Both the position numbers and the translations under genes were made by a program. 64,000 nt of DNA. Source: Paraspadella gotoi. Its lineage: Eukaryota; Animalia; Chaetognatha. Location of the stretch: assembly GCA_051294375.1 (NCBI GenBank), contig CM119265.1, positions 22,010,278-22,074,277 of the forward strand, given 5' to 3'. The number at the start of each line of letters is the position of its first letter. Position 1 is the first letter of the stretch. Under the pieces are notes generated by a model, which saw only the letters and a list, made by a program, of their open reading frames with translations, had not been told where the DNA came from and did not search any database. Of this stretch, positions 36,317-48,661 are shown piece after piece.

Positions 36317-38887
36317 CTACAGGATTACAGTCTTTTCCAAAGAGGCTTTGTATCCCTTCCGGAATGCATTCCTCGCTCGATGGCGGACGAAACCAATAAT
36401 AGTCATTCCACTGTTGCCGCTGCCTACACGAACGCCGTTGGCATTTGAGGTCACGAGATAGGGAAAATTGGAGAACCACTCGTTAACCTGGGAAATAGTC
36501 AAAAATAGCGAGAAAATCGAATCATGCGATATTTATGAAAATTAGTTTAAAGATATGTTTACATTTTTGTTAAAAAAATCCTCGACTTGTAATCCTTCCA
36601 ATCTATTAGTAATTGCGGTTTTTGCAATGAGAGAGCCCAGTTGGTAAACACAGGAAGTGAGTAAACGATATTCCATTGAACCTTTTTCGTAGAGAACTTC
36701 AGTGTTTATAGCGCTGATCGCCTGATGTACAGAACCAATCGAAATAAATTAGAATAAGGAATAGTTCTAGAAAAGTTAAATAAATGTTTTGATTAATCAC
36801 CTCCATCTTTTTGACGAATGAGAGAGGTAGCGGAATGGAATCACCCAATCGATCTGGAAAAACGACTCCGTTTTGATTTGAGGGAGGTTTGGGGGAATTG
36901 AAAAAGAATTCTTGCAGAGACTGTGCTTCAGGCGCGACTTCCTCGTTAGGGAGGTGCTCGATAACCTCAGGCATCTCTCCGTCCGCGTCAGAGTATCCGT
37001 CGACGTCTTCAGCAAGATCAGTTAAGTCCACCATCGTTTCCTGCTTTACGACGGGCTCCTCCTTGATTTCGTCCGAAGGCAACCAAGTTAAGGGTCGAGG
37101 GTGCTTCGCTGGAGACGGCGGCGGATTCGCCAAGTCTTGAAGTCTTTTGCGAGCCGAGTTTCGAGGAGTCGAAGTCGTTTGAGGAGAAGATTGAAATGAG
37201 CGGAATGTGGATCTGTCTTTGTGAGGGATGAACCGTTGTTGCAAGGAAGAGATGGCGGGATTGACTTCATACTCGACGTCGTTCCCGATCGGCGAGATGC
37301 CCCCGGTGGTATAGGCGTCGCAGAGGTGGCGTTTGCCAGAAAATCGCCGACCTTCCGGGGTCTCGACGAGGACGAAGATACTTGTGTCTTGAAAAAAAAA
37401 ATCAGTAAAGAATTTAAAGTTTTATTTGAGAAAGTGAAGTGTGAAAGGAAAGAAGAAATGTTTAGATTGCGACGACAACAACAACAGCGACTTTTTACAG
37501 ATGAGATTAATAATTGCTTTCAGGGCAGCGAGAGGGGGGACACCCTCGCATTAGGCGAGGGGCCCGGGAGGCCCCCTGAGAAGAGAGAAAAAAAGAAGGA
37601 AAAAAAAACGAATTGAGTGATTATGGAAAAAGGTTCAGTCTGTGCAGATAGTTTAACTGATCAAATTCAGGTTAGATCATGCTTGGGGCCCCTTTAGACT
37701 ATAGGGGTCAAGTTAGGCCCCTATTTAAGTCAAATAAAGGTCCCTTTATCGGTAATGTCCCAACTGTTTCAGGGAGTTCATTTCACTTTTAATGGGGCCA
37801 CTAATTCAGTCATTTTAGGGCTCCTCTAGAGGTAAAAAACAAACAATTTCAAAGGAAAGTTCTTATGACCTTTTTTAAAATCAGTGAGGGACCCACAATA
37901 CTGTATGAGAGAGAAACCATAGCAGAAGTTTGAGCACTGGAGTCTGGAGCAATATTCAAGGCAGAAAGTCGGTAATCGAAAACTACGTACGTAAAAAATA
38001 AAATTTGCGATCCCGAAGTTTAATTCTCTCTGGACTCTGGAGGCTTATGGGAAAACGAAGAGAAAGAAGAGGAAAAAATTTTTATAGTTTTAATAAATAT
38101 TTGGATATTAACTTTCAGAGATAGAGAAAGAAGCAATTTTAACTTTGATATCTCTCACTCTCTTCGAATTATTAAATGACCAATGTAATCATAAATAAAA
38201 ACTCTGTTACTTTGTAAATATTATTATTATATTTTTTATAAATTTATTAATATTTAAATATTATTTTTTTAAAGGTTAAATTATTGTATACTTAAGCCAA
38301 AACTTAATTTTAAATTTAACTCTAATTTACACTTAACTTACCCCTAACCCAGACTTACCCTTAACCTAAACTTACCTTTACCCTTAACTTACCCTTAACC
38401 TTAACTTACCCCTAACTTATTTTTAACCTTAATTTATTTTTCTAGTTAACTTACACTTATCCTTAATTTATTTTTAACCATAATTTATTGTAACCTTAAT
38501 TTTTACCCAAATATATATTGGTTATACCAATTTCATATAACAAAAATAAAAAATATTTAAAAAAAATTATGATATCTGAATTCCTTTATTTTTTTATGGA
38601 GAGCAGGGGGGACCGTCATTTCTCTCGCCGCCCCTATTGCTTTTATGATTTCAATTATGCCAGTGAATTTTTTGAACAATTGTTATCAAACAAGTCTCCT
38701 CCCATTGAGCCATTTTTTGAAGGATTTTTATATTACATCCACCAACTACTGGGATTTGAAATGTACTAATCATTTTACCTGTCAAAGAACTAAGCTTCAT
38801 TGCGGCCTCCATTAAAACAGTGACCACCGATGTTTCGATGCTCTGCAGTTGATTTACCAATCCCAACAGGCTGTTCGCCGAAGCCAT
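36317..38887 (-). CDS. Uncharacterised 4-exon protein with an N-terminal MADS-box-like segment
   Basis: Exons 38887-38779, 37387-36801, 36721-36563 and 36487-36317 join in frame through GT-AG introns: MASANSLLGLVNQLQSIETSVVTVLMEAAMKLSSLTDTSIFVLVETPEGRRFSG..., a middle with IKEE and VKQE motifs, and a C-terminal globular region (..EWFSNFPYL..). Confidence 0.7.
38325..38505. repeat. Degenerate telomere-like tract (cttaacttacccctaacc) in an intron
   Basis: Repeated cttacccctaac / ccttaac units. Confidence 0.7.
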
Positions 38888-39476
38888 AATTTTCCAACGT
38901 TCTTAACGTTATATAAAGATAATTGATCGTATCAAATATCTTCAATAAATTAAAAGAGTTAAGTACAGGAAGACTTTGTAATTGTATATGTTCGACTTCG
39001 TCTCAACTTGTCTTGCTCTTTTGGTCGACGTCCTTGGATCGCATGACTATTACGTTTCCTAAACGGAACCCTACTTATCCTAACCAGTTTTTGTCTGAAT
39101 AAAATATTTGTATTGAGTTTTTATTAATTTCCTGCCGATGCTAAAGGCTGATATTGTTTATAAGCGGAATTTTACTGTTCCAATTTGTCACTTATATATT
39201 TTTTACCGACCGAATGCAGGTAGGTACGTAATTGCGTATATTGCCTTTTTGACTATTGAGATATAAACTTATTTATTTATATTATAGTTCCACTAACTTT
39301 GTTTTCGTTTTGATCCAAATGATTTTAAAATTGCAATAACATTAAAATGACATGAAATTTAATTTGAATTCTTTCGTTTAAATTTTCTAAGTGCACTGGT
39401 GAAATGGGGGTTCATTACATTAGTACAAGTAATATGCTCTGAATCAAAGAAATTTCTTCGCTCCGAAAGTAGGACA

Positions 39477-41935
39477 ATGAATATCGATTTGGAAAAGGGC
39501 GGACCCTGCCCTGCCCCTGGGCAGGAAAACACCAAAATGGTTTCTGGAGTCTACTTCCTTTGCACCATACCTTGCTTGACTTTCAGTGTTGCATTTTCTC
39601 GCCTTTTAAATAGTATTATTTTTAAGGAGGAAAGCTTTCAGTTGCTTTCCACTGTTTATTGTTTACCTTTTTGTTGTTTTATTTATTAGGTGCCGTTATA
39701 TTGTGCTATGACTCGGGACAGTGGTTGGTTATGTTCGTAGTTAAGTTCTCCCATTCTCATTTGCGAAAACTAAAAAAAGTTTCGTCTTTGCTCCAAAATG
39801 GAATTGTTATCAGAAAGTTTAGCGATAAAACGAGCCCCGAGAGATTGTTCATTCCATTGAGCAGCAACAACATCCAGGATCTCATGAAAAGCGACCCAGG
39901 TTCTTTGGTCGCTTCTATAAATTGAACCAAGAACGTTTTTCTAAGCTTTCGTTGTTTTGTAGCGATACTGAAACTCTTACCTCACGAAGAGTTGGATCCT
40001 ATTATCTCTCATATTTCGGTAACCGTGAAGCAAACTTATTTGGAAATTTCTTGCAAACTTCATTCTGAATTAATTGCTATAAACAGCACGAAAGGTGATT
40101 CTTCTGCCTAGTTTGTTTAACTTATGATTTTATTTTCAAATCTCAGTTGAATTGACTTATATACTTAAAGAAAAATTTCTTCTGGTTACAGCGTCTCGTT
40201 TGGGAGTGGTTAGGCCGTACGATATTCATGAAAAAGTTGATTCTTTTATGACCAATTTTCGATTTTTGATGAAACGCGGAAAGTTTTCTGAAGTTTCCAG
40301 CTGGGATAAGTGGGTGATCGCTTATTGTTTAATTTTTTCCTATTTCATAATAGATTCTCTTTCCTGATATATTATATTTATATATTATTTAATTTATGTT
40401 AGATACAAGCTTCTTTACAAGAAGGACGAAGTGACTCCAGTTAAGCAAAGTCTATTGGTTTCTTTTATGGTACATTCATTGCTGGAATATATTCAACCTG
40501 AATTGCGGTTGGATGTCAGGTTTTTAAAAACACAATATCTGAGTGATGATAATCCTACTGACGTTTTCTTTCCAATACATTAGGGCGGATAGATTTCATA
40601 GAATCTGTTTTTGGACCAGAGGAAGGGACACGGTCAAGGTTTCCCGTCTTTACAACAATATTGTGGACGCTTTCAAAGCTAAAGTTGATCTTAAAGTTGA
40701 TCAGAACCGCGTTACTTCGCATAAAGAAGTAGTTTTGCTTCTGTATCAGAAGGTATCTCTAGAATTTATCGTAACTAAAATCCGAGGAAACAGATTAAAG
40801 GTTAAAGGTTAATTTTATTTTCGCCGACCGGGTTAGGGGTAATTAAGGTTAAGAGAGTTTAGGGTTAAGGTAATAAGGTAATAATTTTTTTATTAAGTAT
40901 TTTTAAATAATTTTGTAAAATACGCCAAAACCCTGGTCGGCGAAAGTAAAATTTAGCCCAGATTTAATAACATCGTCTATTCGATAGAAAAATGTTGCGT
41001 TTTCCTTGAGAGCTTACAAAGACGTTCCTTTTAATGGATTGGACGAATTAATTACCGGCGTACGCGTGAAGTTAAAGGGTGTCGATTTTTTTTGGCTCAG
41101 GTAAATGGATTTGTGATAGTTTTGTCAAGCGTAACAGCTTTTGACAACATTAGCTTTCTAATTATAGTTCGGCACTCTTTTGGGGTTGTTTCACGTTACT
41201 ACTTCAGCGGGCGCTGCATGTAGGTCTTTTTAAGCATCTGAACGTGACCTGGGAAACGACGGCCATATTTGCCGCAATCATCACGGTGGTGAGGTATAGT
41301 TTCACACTGATCCGAAGTCACTCAAAGAACTGACGTTTTTCGTGATTATTCGGAAGCGGCTACGCGAGGTTGATTTCGAAAAGAAACGAGTACTATAGAC
41401 GATTGGCCGAGGAAAATCACTTGAGGTTGATCGCCAGCGACGAGGCTTTGCTCAACTACCTCATTCACATCGCCGAAGAAGAAACCATTAAGGAGGTTGA
41501 ACCCTCAAAAAAAATTCTTTCCCAATGTCTTCGAACTTCGTCGCAAATCAAGTTTCCGTTTCCAGGCCTTGCTCACCGTTGTGGGAATTCTGCACCGAAA
41601 CGAGAAGCAACAAAGCGGATTGACGGTGTTTGGGGTGGAAGCAAACGCGTCAGGTTTCTTTGGCATGACCCTTTTCTCTAGCAGAATCGGTTCTTACCCT
41701 TCTCCTTTTCCAAACTCGGTTCCCGTTTCCGATAGCTTGGCTTCAGCGAAATACTGGCCGAGATCTCTTTTTCTACACGTCTCCCGAGACAATGGAGGTT
41801 TTGGAACGTACCGGTCTCGTCTCGCGATCCAAGCATTTTTTGAATTACAATCAGAACACCCGAGTTTTCACGTCAAAGGCCTTGTTTCCGGTGGTGATAG
41901 AAGAACCCGTCGATTTGCGACGAACCGATTCGTAA
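39477..41935 (+). CDS. TMEM143-like (DUF3754) membrane protein, multi-exon
   Basis: ERLFIPLS, LRAYKDVPFNGLDELITGVRVK, two hydrophobic helices, ..IASDEALLNYLIHIAEEETIKEALL and AWLQRNTG..LERTGLV. The motif order matches TMEM143 as I recall it. Confidence 0.65.
40807..40959. mobile_element. Small intronic MITE enclosing telomere-like repeats
   Basis: TIRs aattttattttcgccgaccgggtt and aaccctggtcggcgaaagtaaaatt flank a ggttaggggtaattaaggttaag...agggttaagg tract. Confidence 0.7.
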
Positions 41936-42034
41936 TTTTCTTTAATGATGTCTTAAGTCTCGCTTGACTGTTTCTCCGGTGCGTTTCGATCCTCTTTAGG
42001 CTAATTTGCAATTCGAATAAATTAACGGACAAAA

Positions 42035-44221
42035 ATGACTGCTCGCACGGAAGTCGTCTTCATCTCCACCCTGCTCCTTTTTTTCCTCATCCCCTTCTCG
42101 TCGGAGGCCATCGGGTCCGACTCGGACTTTTGCCAAGACTGCGAGGAGGTCGTCAACTACGCCAAAATTCTCCTCGGCAGTCCAGAGGCAAAAGAAAAAA
42201 TCAAAGAATTGTTGCACGAGTTATGCGAAAAGACAGGACCCGCGAAGACCGCTTGCGACGCCATGGTCGACGAGAACCTCGACGCCATTGTCGAAAAGAT
42301 TAGCCATCTCGACACGAAGACAGTCTGCGTCGAACTCAGGCTATGCGAGGGTACGACGTCGAAGACCAAACTCGGCCTCGCCTCCATTCGTTCCGCGGGT
42401 TGCGACGTCTGTTCGTCTTTCGTCTTTGAGTCTTTGAAGAAACTTCGGTCGCCCAATTGGTCGAGCATTCTGCCCCCGCGGATTTGCGACGCGATCGGCC
42501 GCCCCGATCTCTCTTGTCATCACGACGTGCTCATCTTCCTATCCGGCGTTCGAGTCGCCGGTAGCGAATCCTATTTTTGCTCATCGTTTTGCGATCAAGT
42601 GCCTCGGTCTTCCTGCTTTTTCGTTCAAGCAAACGATGAACCTTTGCATAAACCGACTTCCTCTTGCGGAATATGTACGGAGCGGATAGAGGGCCTCCGA
42701 CGAGACGCTTTAGCGAAGATTCATTGTGGTATGGCGTGGGCGACTAGTGCCTGCAACACGGTTCCTTTCGTGGTTGAAAACTGCACCAAAGCGGCCGTGA
42801 AAATTTTCGACTCCTTGGCCAATCACCTGCGTTATTTCAGAACGAAGACTTTGTGTGCTGAGGTGAGAAAAGAAAGTCGACCACAATATGGATCAATTTT
42901 TACCCAAAACTCCTTTCTTCAGATTGGAAAATGCACTGACCGTGCTACGCAAGGGAAAGGCACCGCTCTTTGCGACTTCTGCGAAAAGTCCGTAAACTAC
43001 GCCAAGATCATCATCGGCTTCCCAGATTCGGAGAAAAAAGTGGAAAAGGTTCTCCTCGACGTTTGCCACATGCTTGGAATTATGGAAGAAGGTGCGACAA
43101 TCGTTGGTACCTCGTACTTATCCCATAACCTTACTAATTCTTTCTCCCCTTTTGTATGAAGAGTGCTCTAGGTACGTAAAGAACAACATACAATCAATTC
43201 TTGATGAGTTAAAGCACGTGGACACTCTCGCCTTTTGCCACAAGCTTGGCGTTTGCTCGAATCAAACCGCGACGACGAAAAAGAAGAAATCACAACAAAT
43301 CGAAATCATTTCCAGAAATCAAATTAAAACGATTTCAAAATACGCTACTTCTAACGGGAAGATTAAGTTAAGCAGCGAGGTAAATTCGTGATCTTCTTCC
43401 AGTGCGTCTGCGATGCTTTAACTTTCATCTTCCATGCCTTCCCAGTCTTCTTCCGCGCGGACGCCGTCCTTACATCGCGAGAACAAAGAGGATCCGCGCT
43501 TGTTGCGCGTGGGTAAGGAGACCGATTTTCTACATCTTCCTCGACTCACATGCTTTACCTGTCGATTCGTTATGAGCGAAGCCAAAAATATGTTGGCCCA
43601 AGACTCCACGGTTGATCTCTTGGCCGACCTTGCCCTTGATATTTGCGACGAGTTCGACGAAGACTTAAAGGTAAGTGTCGATGCTATTTGTGTGATAACT
43701 GACTGTTGTATCAGGCTAAACTGTATTTACCACAGGCGCAATGCAGGGACTTTCTAACGCTTTACGCTAAAACGTACATAAAATTAGCCATTGAACAATT
43801 AGATCCGGAGCAGATATGCGTCTTAATCAAAGCTTGCAACGCATCAGGTGTGTTTTGAAATGGTATTTTAATTATCAGGTTTTGACAAAATTTTAACGAT
43901 AGCTTCAATTCTCCAGCGACCGTCTCAGTTCCGACTTTTCGCCAAAATTCCCTCGTCTGTTTTGGTTGCCAACGCTCTCTCCGGAGAATCGTGAATTTTT
44001 GGCGCGTGGACGACGGACTTCGAGCTAAGGTGCTAAACATCCTGCAATCCGCTTGCCTACGTCTTCCCGAGGACGCACTTATCCAGGGTTGCGTGAACGA
44101 GGTCAACGTTATGTTCCCCGATTTCTCGAAACTTGTTAAATCAATGGATGAAGGTCGGACCTGCCTTAGAGCCGGCGCCTGCGCTTCTGTTAAGCAGATT
44201 CATCTGAATGGCTGGACATGA
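42035..44221 (+). CDS. Prosaposin-like secreted protein with six saposin-B-type domains
   Basis: Signal peptide and six CxxC-initiated Cys-patterned repeats (CQDC, CDVC, CGIC, CDFC, CFTC, CFGC), mostly ending in C..L..C. Confidence 0.85.
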
Positions 44222-44442
44222 TTCCATGTCCTCAACTCCGAAAAATCCGATTTTGCTTAGTCTACTCATTTAGAATCGCTAAAATCTTCTTTATACTGCT
44301 GATTGTTGTTTTTTTAATCCGTGGTCATGACTTTTTTTGGCATCCAATAATGAAACTAATTTTTATTAAGAATCAATTTTTATGTTTTTATTTTCCAGTT
44401 AATTAAAAAGCATCTTCCCTGTTCGTTCAAGGTATTAACGCA

Positions 44443-45443
44443 ATGGCGTCGGGTAGGTTGATGCCCCCACCAATTCCTCTTTCACAAAAGCGACAGGCGA
44501 ATGAGGTGTATAGACAGCGAAATGGCACCCGCCTCCCGGCAAGTCCACCCCCTGTTGCGCCAAAGAGGCCCACAACGCTTAATCGCAATGAAGAGCAATC
44601 CTTCCCGCCTCCACGTCCAAATTTTTCAGTAAAACCTGATCAGTCGTCCACATCGCGGGCTTTGAAAGGTCCGCTTCCTAAAAATGCGCAAGGTAAGTTG
44701 TACATACAAAACCAAACCTTTCGATCCCTATTATCGTCCTCAGAACCTGAGTCGAAAGAGAACCTGCGAGTCGTTACGACATCGATCGAATCTTGCTTGA
44801 GTTGGCACCGAAAGTTAGATTATCACCCGGCCTACCTTCTGTTCAAGGTTGGTTCAGTCGAACGTTTTTAAAATTATTTATTTCAAACCCACAAATATCT
44901 ACAGACTTACGGATCTCTGATGTCACATCCGGAGCTGCCCGGTCGTTGTCCGAGTAAGAATATATTTTGCCATCACTGCTCATCCTTTTCCTATTAGAAG
45001 GGGAAAAAACACTACGTAGCAACGTACGTATTTTTTTGTTTATTTAAAATAGATAAAACTCAATTCGTCATGTTCGTCCTTCTTGACGAACGAAGCCGGA
45101 CCAAGTTGTGGTGCTACTTTGTGGAGAGCGAAAGACGATTGCCCGACGTAAGTCAATGATGGCGATCGCCTTGCGATCACTTATGAGTCTTATCATGTAC
45201 GATTCCTTTTTCAGCTTCGACCAGGAGAAACATACTCAGTTGTTGGTCGATTTTTAGAAGAAAAATCTATCGGCGATTTTCAAGTAAACATTATCATTGA
45301 CGTTGGGTTTGTTTTTAATAATAAAAATTTTACTTTTCCTTGAATAGGTTTTCACTGTGTATACTGCGAAGGCAGACAATGGAATACGACGCAATCTCTT
45401 TAATTACAACGACCAAAAGCTTAAAAAATATTTGTGTTCATGA
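44443..45443 (+). CDS. SPATA22-like meiotic OB-fold protein, multi-exon
   Basis: Pro-rich N-terminus, then ENLRVVTTSIESCLSW...LLFKTYGSL...KLWCYFVESERRLPDLRPGETYSVVG, which parallels the SPATA22 pattern LRIISAVIES..W...LLFEV...CVFYEIDRELPRLIRG...VG. Confidence 0.65.
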
Positions 45444-45613
45444 CTGTTTATTTATTGAAAGTTGTATTTATTGATGGACAATTAACTATATTTTCAGTGA
45501 TCTTACATTTTATTTCTTTTTTTTTCTTTTTCCGTAGTATTTATTTACTTAATAAGGGACAAGTCTTGCTCCTAAGGAATGTTTTCTTTTGAGATTGACT
45601 CTTAAAGTTAACC

Positions 45614-48428
45614 ATGGAACTTCCAAAATACTCAGAAAAAATTATCGATGCCATTCCTTATTTCAAAGCTGAAGCTATTCAAGGTGATCGACAAAGATTT
45701 TATAAAGAGCTAATCTTAAAGTAAATCAAAGTACCATTGAAAGCTATTTCAGAATGCAGGTTTGAGGAAAATTTGCGTGAGGTGTGAACTTTTTATTTTA
45801 TGGCATTTGCAGTTTTATGGCCCTTCCTCGAGCCTGTGGTCACCAGCGAGAAAGTTCTTTCTTTCTGCAATCAATGGTGGGATTTTTATCGAGAACTCAA
45901 CGACGCTCTCCGAAAATGCGAGCCGATTCAAATCGTCCTGTTTACTTTACTCGCACTGTACACGTTTAGGTAAAACATACCTTTATTGCGTTGCAAAAAT
46001 ACTAGCATTCTTTGGTCGATTTACTTACAAAATAGTGATATTCTAGTTATTTGTGGCGTTTTCTACATCGTGACGAACCGCTTTGGAAGCGAACCAAGAA
46101 CTTTTTTTTCCGGTTCGTTCGAGGACTGCCGGTGATTAGCTCCATCATTAAGCGACAGATAGACAAGGAAACGGAAAAGTGGGAAGAAGAGATGCAAGCC
46201 GTTTCAGACATTCCTTACTATCAAGAACTACCTTCCGTCGGACTCGGCAGGAAGGGGGTCGAGGAAAAGGTGGGAACTTTTTGACGAACGTATTCGAGAT
46301 GTGGAAAGTTTTTATGGACTTAAATTTGTCAGGTTCGAGAGTACGAATCGATGTGCAAGGTCGATTGGCGGACTGGTCAAGTCTCCGGCGCAGTCTATGG
46401 AGCTGTCAACGAAGGTACTGGCTTTGTTAATGACGGTGCTTGTGTTGTGAAGCAAACCAGCGGAAGCTTTAAATTTAATTCATAAAATCTGACTCTATTT
46501 TTTCAGATCTCTGCAAAGTTGCCGGAGAAGTGTATTGTCATCACATGTGGGCCAATCCTTTGCATCCGGATCTTTTCCCCAATATTAGAAAAATGGAAGC
46601 CGAGGTAGATCTACGAGATCAAATGATGATCCACAAAAATAATTGTTCAATTAAAATCTCAACAACTTCCAGGTGGTTAGAATGACCCTTTCTCTTTACC
46701 ACGGAGACAATGAATCCTGCGGCACAATGAGCACAGGCGGAACCGAGTCAATCATGTTGATGGTCTATGCTTATCGGAACTACGCCAAGGCGGAGTTGGG
46801 GATCGATCGCCCCGAAATGTGAGATAATATAAGTATCCTTTAGATTTCATCAAGTTCATAAATAGCTTCCGTAAGCACTTTTTCATTTGTCTCCTCCATA
46901 AAGTGTTGCTCCCCGCACCATCCACGCCGCTTTCGACAAGGCTTGTCACTGCTTCGGTGTTAAGCTCGTCCACGTTCCCGAGGACCCCGTGACACGGCGC
47001 GTCGACGTCAAAAAGATGAAGCGTCGTATCAACTCGAACACGATCCTTCTCGTCGGATCCGCTCCTCAGTTTGCTCACGGTGAGTTAAGAAACGCGAAAA
47101 CTTCAAGTCGTCGAACGAAGACTGGTAATCTTGTGAACTCTAGGTTCCGTGGACCCGATCGCGGAGATCTCTGCCCTCGGCCTTCGCTACGGGATCTCCG
47201 TCCATGTAGACGCTTGCCTTGGTGGATTCTTCATTCCCTTTATGGAGGAGGCCGGTTTTCCCCTTCCTCTTTTCGACTTTCGACTCAAGGGAGTCACGAG
47301 CATTTCTGGTTAGTTGCCTGTCGTTATCTTTAGCTTTGATCGCCTTTTACTTGGGTTGTCGGTTTAAAAACTTTTTATATTGTTTTAGCGGACACCCACA
47401 AGTACGGATACGCCCCGAAAGGATCGTCAGTTATCATGTATCGTTCGAAAGCGATTCGACATTATCAGGTGTTCATATACATTTTTTTGCTTCTTTTATC
47501 TCAAAATTACCTTGCGCTTCTGCATCGCTAGTTTTTCGTGAGCGTCGACTGGCCTGGTGGAATTTACGCCACGCCTACCTTTGGCGGCAGCCGGGCCGGC
47601 GCCGTCATCGCTTCTTGCTGGGCTTCGCTTATGTATATGGGTATGGCCTGCATTTTAGCTTGATGCGCTTATAATAATTCTTAAATTTCATTTCTTTTCA
47701 GGACACGACGGCTATTTAAATTCTACAAAGATGATCATTAAATGTAGAAACAAAATGGTTGAGGTGAAGACAAAAATCGTAGTAACGGAGTAATTTAAGA
47801 TTTTTGAAAAAATCTCTTTCTTTGTAGGGTTTGAAGAAAATCAAAGGACTCAAGATCGAAGGAGTTCCAGAGGTGTCGATTATCGCCATCGCCTCAGACG
47901 ATTTCAATGTTTTTCGCCTCTCGACTGCTATGTACGTATTCATTGCTATTTTGGGCAAATTTTTAGTTGCGCCGCGAATACTCGCGAAGCAATATAAGTC
48001 ATTTGTCTGTCGGTATGTCTTGTAGTCAGCGTTTAAGCCGATCATTAAAACCCGATTTTATTTTCTCAGGGTCGAAAAGGGATGGAGTCTGAATCCCCTG
48101 CAATTTCCGCCCGCGATCCACATTTGCCTCACTTTGATGCACACTCAGGAAGGCGTCGCGGAACGGTTTTTGAAGGATGTGAGGTTAGTCGTTGATGCGG
48201 CATAAGACCGAAGTTCATCAGTTTTTTTACCAAATAAACGAGATCTTTTTTTTTATCTATTTTAGAGATTGTACCGAGGTGATCATGCAGGATCCAAAAA
48301 AGCCCGTCGGCGGGGTTGGCGCCATTTATGGCTTAGCAGCGACCATCCCAGACCGAAGCTTGGTTTCGGAACTTGTTACCATTTTTATGGACACGACCTA
48401 TTCAACCAAAAATAAAGTGGGTTCCTGA
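45614..48428 (+). CDS. SGPL1: Sphingosine-1-phosphate lyase, multi-exon
   Basis: [65 protein letters not shown] lysine [30 protein letters not shown] and [15 protein letters not shown]. Confidence 0.96.
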
Positions 48429-48661
48429 TTATTGATAGCGTTATCAAAAACTTAGGAAAGAGTGAGGAAAAAACGTGACTGGGTTTATTCATCCCTTACA
48501 GATCAAAACGGTATTGACTAATAACTATGAAAGTTTAAATAATTCAATACTTTGATTTTTTGGTTTTAAATTTTTTTTCTTTTAAGTTTGGTTAATTTAT
48601 TGTTATGATTATTTTATTCGTGTCGTTATTTTTTTTTGTTTAAAAGCTAGTTTGAAGCGCC

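Noticed and set aside
37520-37945. GGGCCC-rich intronic segment as a hAT MITE
   Set aside because: The motifs are suggestive, but I found no convincing TIR pair or TSD.
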